Positions 50,222 through 62,200 of a stretch of 64,000 nt of DNA are shown here, one piece after another. Where the stretch lies: the NCBI GenBank assembly GCA_964247055.1, contig OZ176052.1, forward strand, positions 1,364,001-1,428,000. The letters run 5' to 3'. Within the stretch, counting starts at the first letter, position 1, and each line of letters begins with the position of its first letter. The notes beneath the pieces were generated by a model. That model had not been told where the DNA came from, did no database searches, and saw nothing but the letters and a program-made list of their open reading frames with translations. A program made the translations under genes and the position numbers. Source of the DNA: Paragordius varius (taxonomy: Eukaryota; Animalia; Nematomorpha).

Positions 50222-50615
50222 ATTTTGCTATATAAAAATTGAGGTACCTCTTGAAACCAAATTCCCTTAAACTCAATTTTTGGCAATATTCATTGACTTG
50301 AGTTCACACTGAGAATCCCTTCAAACATATATTGAGACACGTAATCTTTTACATCTATATCCAATTCCTAAAGATTATAATATATTGTTAAAATTTAAAT
50401 AATTAATATTATAATGTTAAAAGAAAAGACCTTTTAGTGAGGCTTATAAAAAACCATTTCTAAACCTGAGAAATATGAGATAAAAAAAGATATACCCAAA
50501 TATCGCCTTGTATTTTACTAATCTGTGTGATTTTGAAATTTTTTTGTGAGGACCTGATAGGAAGTAAAAGATATTTGTTTCGACCATAAAATAGGGTAAA
50601 TTTTTGGGTGGTGAA
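50222..50615 (-). pseudogene. MRPL49 pseudogene fragment B (exons 3-4)
   Basis: ELDIDVKDYVSQYMFEG followed by a +1 frameshift; exon-3 copy carries a deletion. Confidence 0.88.
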
Positions 50616-52849
50616 TCTAGTATAAATTTAAAATTAATTAATTATGTACAAATTGGTAATGCAATACTTGATATGTGCATCACATTTTAACCCCTAAAAT
50701 CCCTTTTCAATATTTCGGATATAATAATTAAGCTATTACAATGATTTTTACAATATTCATTAATAATAATTTGATTTTTAGGGTATATATTACATATTTA
50801 ATACTAAACAAACCCGATAAAATCTATTTTGTGAAATATGTCAATATATCTATTATAGTTGTTTGTTTCAGATGTTATAAAAATACCATTTGCAATTGAA
50901 ATTCTAAAGATATAAAGATTGTCTTTGATTTCAAGTTGGTCTTAAAATTTTGTTGTTCTTCAGCCTAATTTTTTTTATTTATTTTATATATAGTTATTCT
51001 AAAAATATATATTTTTATTCAAAAACCACTTTTTTTGTGTTAATGTTTTCCAATTTTAAATAATAATAAAATCGTTTTAGTTAAAAATTGTAAATATTAA
51101 CCCAAAACTTATGTATTTTTAAATTACGTGTTTATATCTTATAAATAATAAAAATAATTAATAAAAATTAATAAAAATTGATTATTGACCAGTATATAAA
51201 ATAGGTCAAAATTGATAAAATAGCTGAATGATATAGGATTTGATTGATAAAAGTTAAAACAAAACAAAATAGAAGGACCACCTTGAAATGTTCAATGACA
51301 ACCATGAGCAAATTATGACACTCTTTATTATAATTTAGCATATATACAAAATGAGAAAAAAATATTAGTCATTTCAAATGAGATCGTAAAATGTGTGTAG
51401 CAATATTACTCCATTACCTTTTGGGGTAGTTTAATATCCCAGAGCCATTGAAATCTAAATATCTTAAAAAGAATAGGTATTAAGCCAAATTTTCGTTCTT
51501 TAGTTTTTTTAGGCACATTATACAAACGTTCTCATTTCAAACTTAAGCCGCCATTTTTTTCAATAGCTAATGCTACTGGTTAATTGTTTATTATGGTTAA
51601 AATTTGTAAATAATTAACTTGAAAAAGCTTCAATCTACATTTTACCACCTAAAACTAGATATATAATATCAGTTTTCGATCGTGTTTTGGAGCTGTCCCA
51701 ATTTTGGGCTTTAGTCACAAACTGTTAAAAATATAAGGTTTTTATCTAATACATGAGAAGAATGTTTGATATTTATGTAAAATAACTTTCAAAACTGTAA
51801 TTAATTTATAAATTGAGCTCTGCGATATAAAACTACCTCAAAAAACTAGGACAAAAAAGTGAGGTAATGAAGTGTTAATAAAATATGTTTCTATATTTTA
51901 ATTTATTTCTATTGAGTTTGACTGAGAAAAACTACACAAATATGAATAAGTTGTGAATATAAAAAAATGAAATTTTTAAAAAATATTTTCGCAAAAAGTT
52001 GGTAAAGAAGATTATATATTTTAAGATGGTTGCAAACTTCCTCAGTCCATAATAGTAATATAACAGTTTTTTTTAATTTTAGTTAAAGGTAAAATTTGAC
52101 GTATGTACACATTACAGGCATTCATGCTTAGTAGATTGATATCATTTGTTATTACATATTCAATTATATTTAAAACAATAATAATTCTATAAATCAGGGG
52201 TATTAGATAACCGAGCGCCATGCTTTGGAAATCCATAGTTTGCAAAATCATAAATTATTAAAATTGATATTTTTCAAACAATTTTTATAAATAAATCTAA
52301 ATTGGCAAAAACTATAAAGAATTATTATATTGTTTTATTTTACAGGCTTATGTTTAATTGTAATTATTTTGAATGCGCATATATATTTCAAATACGACAC
52401 GCCCAATTTTCTCTAAAAATGAGACCGCAAAGCTATTGTTTTAATCCCTGGTTTAAAGCATAAATGAAGATAGCTAAATTTATTTAAAGATGTAAAGTTT
52501 TATTATATAGAAATAATGAACAAATTAATAGATATAAATATGTATATATACAAAAGATAAATCTGGTATTTTTAGCTTTTATTAATATTTCTATTTACAT
52601 TGTTTGCTTCTAAGATTAATATTCAATGAGGAGTGTTAAAATTTGTGATTAAATAGCAATTTTTTGTTAAATCCATTTACTTATTCAAAAACTAATTTAT
52701 ATAAGCTTTCTGTCAAGATAATTTAATATAATATTTCAAGTAATTTTGTTAAGAGTGTTTTCATCAAAGATTCTAATTATAAATCTTATTTAATAGATTT
52801 TATGTATATATATCATATATCATTTAAAATATTTACTAATAAAAAATTA

Positions 52850-53172
52850 CGCGGAGGACTATCTAGACAATCCGGGTTTTCTGTCATTTTCGCTAAAATC
52901 CATGAGTGATAAGCGAGTATTATAATTTAAATCTTCAAAAAACCTGGAAATAACTAATTTATAATACTTTATAGTCGTCTTTTGCGGTATATTCATAAAA
53001 CTTCTATTTTTGTTCATTTCTTAGAATTATCCTCATCATAAAATTTGTACGCAGGAGTATCTGGATTGAATACGAAGTTGATTCCAAATTTTTATCGTCG
53101 TATTAATACTTCTTTTTCCTCTGCAAGCAAACGATTTGAAAGCATGGATGCCTAAAAATATTTGCGAATCAT
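52850..53172 (-). pseudogene. MRPL49 pseudogene, exons 1-2
   Basis: ATG ATT CGC AAA TAT TTT TAG (stop at codon 7); gatactcctgcgtacaaattttatgatgaggataat and gaaaatgacagaaaacc..tcctccgcgt match the functional copy. Confidence 0.9.
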
Positions 53173-56100
53173 ATGAGATAATAGAAAATTAGTTTTTCAA
53201 ATTTATTTTTACAATTTTATAAACATTTCATAAACTTTTTAAACACTTGGATACAACACATTCGTTTTAGCCCTTCGATTCGAATTGGGTAGTTAATGCT
53301 CCAAGCCTGTTTAAAATTCTTAAAAAATATGGGAGGAATTGAAACCATGGCAAAATTTTGCACTTATATAACATTAATAAACCGAAATATATAAAAAATT
53401 TTATTTAAAAATACTTAATATTACTTATTTTAAGCTAAAAATAATAGTCATCGTGATATGTGAATGGTAAAATTAAAAAATTATACAAAATAAACCGCTT
53501 ATTCTCTTTCTATCAATGTATAATTTAAACAAAAAATTAGCTTTAATATTACCCTTAAAAATAAATAAAAACGATATTTTGCAAAAATTTTGTAAAATAA
53601 AAATGGAGTCGAGGTAGTTTGACATAGAACTTTTTTTTCAAAACAAAATTTTATTTAGATATTTTGGCATATTTATATAATTTTAGGATAAATGCATAAT
53701 TTTAATTTGGGACCATTTCCAGCAGTTTTTTAAAAATCACAACTCAAATGTAGTCTGGGGTATTTGGATATCACAATTTGAATCGAAGTGTTAAAATAGG
53801 AGGTATGTGCAAGTGTCTAGCCAAAGACCTAAATTGAAAAAATTCTTATATACAGTTAAGCCCGTAAAACACCATTTTTGTCCTATTTTACCTTTTGGGT
53901 CATTATATCCCAGAGCTCAATTTTCTTAATAAACCAAATTGTTTAAAAATTATTTAAACGATAATATTATTTCACAATTTTGTGACTTCTAGAGTCTAAG
54001 GAGAGCTTCATAAAACGATTTAAATGAAGATGATATTAAAATCAAAATTTTATGTTTTGGTAAATTGTTTCCTGAAAGCATCTTTAAGTAAATATTTATA
54101 TTTTCCCATATTATAGATTTATGTTAAGATACGTTTTAAGAAAATGTATAGAAAAAAGGCGAGAAAGTTTAAGACGAGGATTTTATAGTTTAACAATTAA
54201 AAAACTCTAACCAGATTTCATATCCAATATAGGAGATGATATAAGAAATTTCAAAGAACGAATTGGTTTATACACAAAATTTTACTTGATTAAAATTAAT
54301 TTTAAGCAATTATTTTTTAATAAATGTATCTGATTTGGCAATGAACTAGGTGTCAAAATTTTAAAACCTAATAAAAATGTGGCTCTCGAAGCCCTTTGTG
54401 TAAGACGCCCCTATCATAAGTAAACTAACAATTATTTTAATTTTGTTTACAATAAAGAAATACAACATCAAATTTGCTAAAATTCTGTTAAAATTAATAA
54501 TTTATTAGCATTGGTATAAATTATATTTATAATAGCTTCATAAAGGCCATATTTAGAACAATCAGTTCCAAAATAATTTAATTCTAGAATTTGATAACTA
54601 AACATTCCAATTTCGTCACGCACACGAAAATTTAGCTCATAGATATAATCGCTATCAGGGTATTAATATATTAGCCTTATTGGGATCAGAACCAGTTGAA
54701 AACCTTGAAAACCGATTTGATTTCTCCTAATTAAGGCTAATTTTCAAAACATGACACTCAGAGATAGACTAGAAAAATCGAAGAACATATAATACAAAGT
54801 TAATTTTAAATTTTTTGTCTCTTTAAATTTGTTGATAATTTTATGAGATGTTAGAAGTAATATTGGTTCAAACTGGATGTTTTTGGCCAGACTTATCATT
54901 TATATATACCAAAATCTTTTAAAAACTTATATCTTTGGACGGTAAGACTCAAAGTATTTTTATTAAAATTTATTACATTATAATTTTAATATGTGTCTTT
55001 TGAATGAATTATTTATATCTATAAAAAATTAACAATCATATTAAATCTTAATTTCAATCTGCACTCAATCTGAAATTACGTAGCATGTAATTATTTTTAT
55101 CTAAAATAACGATAAAACTATCAAATATTGGCTTAAACTTCAAAATTAAAGAAATCCAGCATATATTTCGCTTCCGTTTTTTTAAATCAATGTTGGCTTT
55201 TGCAAAAGATTTTAACGCACAGAAAACTATTTTAAAACTTCTAATGATCAAAAACTATTATATATGAATCAATCATTAATGATTTTAATGAAAGGGTGGC
55301 TTGTTTAACGACCTGATAGGTAATAATTCAAAAATTATAAATTTTGTATATAAGCTGTAAATTAAATTTCTTAACTTATTTAATTTGCAAAGGCGGTCTG
55401 AATTACAAGTCCCTAAATACTAATATCTCTAAAAGATTAAGTTATAATTAGGATATTCTACTATATATAAGTATTCATTTATTAATACATTTATAACAAT
55501 CATTTGTAATTAGAATAAGATAATTATTAACAATCATTTTTATGTTTTATAAATCACATTAACTTACTTAAATTTGTTTATGAATATTAATTCGTGAATC
55601 TCCATTGAAGAAGGATGAACTGCCTATATATATAAGGTAAATATGTAACATAATAAAGAATAACAACCATTTTAGAATTCTAGTTTAATTATATATAAAT
55701 TTTAATGTAAATATTTAGCTGTAAACTAGCGTTGTTTTGAGTTTAAATGTGAAAAATAGGCAAAAGTAAGGAAGTTTTATAAATTTTCGGATATTCTATC
55801 ATAATGAAAATGTTAACTTTTTTAATTAAAAATACATAGATCCTAGTGGAAACAATAGTTGGATGAATTTCAATAATTTTAATAAAACTAGATATTTTTG
55901 AATAAAGTCTGCTTAATAAATTTGAGAGACATTTTATATGGAAAATAATACTTTTCATCAGTTTTTAATAAGTGCTTTTAAGAGTGAGTCCGTGTTCTCT
56001 AACAATAAGGGTGGAATCACAAATTCTTACCATATACTAAATAAATATAAGAAATAATATTCATAAAATATTTTATAAAAAAACTATATAATTTAAATGG

Positions 56101-56289
56101 AATTAACATGATTGGTAATATTAAAAAAGGGCTAGAGTTTGAAATGATAGGAACAACAAAATGAATATAATAAAAAATAAAATATATTTTTTTTTTAATT
56201 TTCGGTACGTGTTGAAATTGATGAGGGTTAACCGAGTAATTATTTTGGATGGCTCATAATACTAAATTATTATTATAAGTAATATTTTT

Positions 56290-59200
56290 AGATCCACGGA
56301 CAGATAAGTTAATATTTTAGGTGTTTGGCGGGTGATTGGAATATTGTTCGATATTCCTAATTAAAAGTATTTTAAATGTAATTTTTAGATTCTTGGACAA
56401 GTAAGTTAATATTTTAGGTATTTGGTGGGTGATTGGAATAATGTTCGATATTCCTAATTAAAAGTATTTTAAATGTAATTTTTAGATTCTTGGACAAGTA
56501 AGTTAATATTTTAGGTGTTTGGTGGGTGATTGGATTAATGTTCGATATTCCTAATTAAAAGTATTTTATAATGTAATTTTTAAATTCTTGGATTGTAAGT
56601 TAATATTTTAGGTATTTGGTGGGTGATTGGATTAATGTTCGATATTCCTAATTAAAAGTATCTGTATAATGTAATTTTTAGATTCTAGGACAAGTAAGTT
56701 AATATTTTAGGTATTTGGTGGCTGATTTGATTAATGTTCGATATTCCTAATTAAAAGTATATAATAATATAAATATTAGATTCTTGGACAAGTAAGTTAA
56801 TATTTTAGGTATTTGGTGGGTGATTGGATTAATGTTTGATATTCCTAATTAAAAGTATTTTTATAATGTAATTTTTAGATTCTTGGATTGTAAGTTAATA
56901 TTTTAGGTATTTGGTGGGTGATTGGATTAATGGTCGATATTCCTAATTAAAAGTATTTTTATAATGTAAACTTTAGATTTTAGGACAAGTAAGTTAATAT
57001 TTTCGGTATTTGGTGGGTGATTGGATTAATGTTCGATATTCCTAATTAAAAGTATTTTTATAATGTAATTGTTAGATTCTTGGACAAGTAAGTTAATATT
57101 TTCGGTATTTGGTGGGTGATTGGATTAATGTTCGATATTCCTAATTAAAAGTATTTTTATAATGTAATTGTTAGATTCTTGGACAAGTAAGTTAATATTT
57201 TCGGTATTTGGTGGGTGATTGGATTAATGTTCGATATTCCTAATTAAAAGTATTTTTATAATATAAACTTTAGATTTTAGGACAAGTAAGTTAATATTTT
57301 CGGTATTTGGTGGGTGATTGGATTAATGTTCGATATTCCTAATTAAAAGTATTTTTATAATGTAATTGTTAGATTCTTGGACAAGTAAGTTAATATTTTC
57401 GGTATTTGGTGGGTGATTGGATTAATGTTCGATATTCCTAATTAAAAGTATTTTTATAATGTAAACTTTAGATTCTAGGACAAGTAAGTTAATATTTTAG
57501 TTGGTGGCTGATTGGATTAATGTTCGATATTCCTAATTAAAAGTATTTTTATAATGTAAATATTAGATTCTAGGACAAGTAAGTTTATATTTTAGGTATT
57601 TGGTGGGTGATTGGATTAATGTTCGATATTCCTAATTAAAAGTATTTTTATAATGTAAACTTTAGATTCTAGGACAAGTGTTAATATTTTAGGTATTTGG
57701 TGGGTGATTGGATTAATGTTCGATATTCCTAATTAAAAGTATTTTTATAATGTAATTGTTAGATTCTTGGACAAGTAAGTTAATATTTTAGGTATTTGGT
57801 GGGTGATTGGATTAATGTTCGATATTCCTAATTAAAAGTATCTGTATAATATAATTTTTAGATTCTTGGACAAGTAAGTTATTATTTTAGGTATTTGGTG
57901 GGTGATTGGATTAATATTCGATATTCCTAATTAAAAGTATTTTTATAATGTAATTTTTAGATTCTTGGATTGTAAGTTAATATTTTAGGTATTTGGTGGG
58001 TGATTGGATTAATGTTCGATATTCCTAATTAAAAGTATCTGTATAATGTAATTTTTAGATTCTAGGACAAGTAAGTTAATATTTTAGGTATTTGGTGGCT
58101 GATTTGATTAATGTTCGATATTCCTAATTAAAAGTATATAATAATATAATTTTTAGATTCTTGGACAAGTAAGTTAATATTTTAGGTATTTGGTGGGTGA
58201 TTGGATTAATGTTTATTATTCCTAATTAAAAGTATTTTTATAATGTAATTTTTAGATTCTTGGATTGTAAGTTAATATTTTAGGTATTTGGTGGGTGATT
58301 GGATTAATGTTCGATATTCCTAATTAAAAGTATTTTTATAATGTAAACTTTAGATTCTAGGACAAGTAAGTTAATATTTTAAGCATTTGGTGGGTGATTG
58401 GATTAATGTTCGATATTCCTAATTAAAAGTATTTTTATAATGTATTTGTTAGATTCTTAGACAAGTAAGTTAATATTTTAGGTATTTGGTGGGTGATTGG
58501 ATTAATGTTCGATATTCCTAATTAAAAGTATCTGTATAATGTAATTTTTAGATTCTTGGACAAGTAAGTTATTATTTTAGGTATTTGGTGGGTGATTGGA
58601 TTAATGTTCGATATTCCTAATTAAAGTATTTTTATAATGTAATTTTTAGATTCTTGGATTGTAAGTTAATATTTTAGGTATTTGGTGGGTGATTGGATTA
58701 ATGTTCGATATTCCTAATTAAAAGTATCTGTATAATGTAATTTTTAGATTCTAGGACAAGTAAGTTAATATTTTAGATATTTGGTGGCTGATTTGATTAA
58801 TGTTCGATATTCCTAATTAAAAGTATATAATAATATAATTTTTAGATTCTTGGACAAGTAAGTTAATATTTTAGGTATTTGGTGGGTGATTGGATTAATG
58901 TTCGATATTCCTAATTAAAAGTATTTTTATAATGTAATTTTTAGATTCTTGGATTGTAAGTTAATATTTTAGGTATTTGGTGGGTGATTGGATTAATGTT
59001 CGATATTCCTAATTAAAAGTATCTGTATAATGTAATTTTTAGATTCTAGGACAAGTAAGTTAATATTTTAGGTATTTGGTGGCTGATTGGATTAATGTTC
59101 GATATTCCTAATTAAAAGTATCTGTATAATATAATTTTTAGATTCTTGGACAAGTAAGTTAATGTTTTAGTTGGTGGCTGATTGGATTAATGTTCGATAT

Positions 59201-62200
59201 TTCTAATTAAAAGTATTTTTATAATGTAATTTTTAGATTCTTGGATTGTAAGTTAATATTTTAGGTATTTGGTGGGTGATTGGATTAATGTTCGATATTC
59301 CTAATTAAAAGTATTTTTATAATGTAATTTTTAGATTCTTGGATTGTAAGTTAATATTTTAGGTATTTGGTGGTTGATTTGATTAATGTTCTATATTCCT
59401 AATTAAAAGTATATAATAATATAATTTTTAGATTCTTGGACAAGTAAGTTAATATTTTAGGTATTTGGTGGGTGATTGGATTAATGTTCGATATTCCTAA
59501 TTAAAAGTATCTGTATAATATAATTTTTAGATTCTTGGACAAGTAAGTTAATGTTTTAGTTGGTGGCTGATTGGATTAATGTTCAATATTCCTAATTAAA
59601 AGTATTTTTATAATGTAAACTTTAGATTCTAGGACAAGTAAGTTAATATTTTAGGTATTTGGTGGGTGATTGGATTAATGTTCGATATTCCTAATTAAAA
59701 GTATTTTTATAATGTAATTGTTAGATTCTTGGACAAGTAAGTTAATATTTTAGGTATTTGGTGGGTGATTGGATTAATGTTCGATATTCCTAATTAAAAG
59801 TATCTGTATAATATAATTTTTAGATTCTTGGACAAGTAAGTTATTATTTTAGGTATTTGGTGGGTGATTGGATTGATGTTCGATATTCCTAATTAAAAGT
59901 ATCTGTATAGTATAATTTTTAGATTCTTGGACAAGTAAGTTCATATTTTAGGTATTTGGTGGGTGATTGGATTAATGTTCGATATTCCTAATTAAAAGTA
60001 TTTTTATAATGTAATTTTTAGATTCTTGGATTGTAAGTTAATATTTTAGGTATTTGGTGGGTGATTGGATTAATGTTCGATATTCCTAATTAAAAGTATC
60101 TGTATAATGTAATTTTTAGATTCTAGGACAAGTAAGTTAATATTTTAGGTATTTGGTGGGTGATTGGATTAATGTTCGATATTCCTAATTAAAAGTATCT
60201 GTATAATATAATTTTTAGATTCTTGGACAAGTAAGTTAATATTTTAGGTATTTGGTGGGTGATTGGATTAATGTTCGATATTCCTAATTAAAAGTATCTG
60301 TATAATGTAATTTTTAGATTCTAGGACAAGTAAGTTAATATTTTAGGTATTTGGTGGCTGATTGGATTAATATTCGATATTCCTAATTAAAAGTATCTGT
60401 ATAATATAATTTTTAGATTCTTGGACAAGTAAGTTCATATTTTAGGTATTTGGTGGGTGATTGGATTAATGTTCGATATTCCTAATTAAAAGTATTTTTA
60501 TAATGTAATTTTTAGATTCTTGGATTGTAAGTTAATATTTTAGGTATTTGTTGGGTGATTGGATTAATGTTCGATATTCCTAATTAAAAGTATTTTTATA
60601 ATGTAATTTTTAGATTCTAGGACAAGTAAGTTAATATTTTAGGTATTTGGTGGGTGATTGGATTAATGTTCGATATTCCTAATTAAAAGTATTTTTATAA
60701 TGTAATTTTTAAATTCTTGGACAAGTAAGTTAAAATTTTATATTTGGTGGGTGATTGGATTAATGTTCGATATTCCTAATTAAAAGTATTTTTATAATGT
60801 AATTGTTAGATTCTTGGACAAGTAAGTTAATATTTTAGGTATTTGGTGGGTGATTGGATTAATGTTCGATATTCCTAATTAAAAGTATCTGTATAATGTA
60901 ATTTTTAGATTCTAGGACAAGTAAGTTAATATTTTAGGTATTTGGTGGGTGATTGGATTAATGTTCGATATTCCAATTAAAAGTATCTGTATAATATAAT
61001 TTTTAGATTCTTGGACAAGTAAGTTATTATTTTAGGTATTTGGTGGCTGATTTGATTAATGTTCGATATTCCTAATTAAAAGTATTTTTATAATGTAATT
61101 GTTAGATTCTTGGACAAGTAAGTTAATATTTTAGGTATTTGGTGGGTGATTGGATTAATGTTCGATATTCCTAATTAAAAGTATTTTTATAATGTAATTG
61201 TTAGATTCTTGGACAAGTAAGTTAATATTTTAGGTATTTGGTGGGTGATTGGATTAATGTTCGATATTCCTAATTAAAAGTATTTTTATAATGTAATTGT
61301 TAGATTCTTGGACAAGTAAGTTAATATTTTAGGTATTTGGTGGGTGATTGGATTAATGTTCGATATTCCTAATTAAAAGTATCTGTATAATATAATTTTT
61401 AGATTCTTGGACAAGTAAGTTATTATTTTAGGTATTTGGTGGGTGATTGGATTAATGTTCGATATTCCTAATTAAAAGTATTTTTATAATGTAATTTTTA
61501 GATTCTTGGATTGTAAGTTAATATTTTAGGTATTTGGTGGGTGATTGGATTAATGTTCGATATTCCTAATTAAAAGTATCTGTATAATGTAATTTTTAGA
61601 TTCTAGGACAAGTAAGTTAATATTTTAGGTATTTGGTGGCTGATTGGATTAATGTTCGATATTCCTAATTAAAATATCTGTATAATATAATTTTTAGATT
61701 CTTGGACAAGTAAGTTAATATTTTAGGTATTTGGTGGGTGATTGGATTAATGTTCGATATTCCTAATTAAAAGTATCTGTATAATATAATTTTTAGATTC
61801 TTGGACAAGTAAGTTAATATTTTAGGTATTTGGTGGGTGATTGGATTAATGTTCGATATTCCTAATTAAAAGTATTTTTATAATGTAAACTTTAGATTCT
61901 AGGACAAGTAAGTTAATATTTTAGGTATTTGGTGGGTGATTGGATTAATGTTCGATATTTTTAATTAAAAGTATTTTTATAATGTAATTTTTAGATTCTT
62001 GGATTGTAAGTTAATATTTTAGGTATTTGGTGGCTGATTTGATTAATGTTCGATATTCCTAATTAAAAGTATTTTTATAATGTAAACTTTAGATTCTAGG
62101 ACAAGTAAGTTCATATTTTAGGTATTTGGTGGGTGATTGGATTAATGTTCGATATTTTTAATTAAAAGTATTTTTATAATGTAATTTTTAGATTCTTGGA

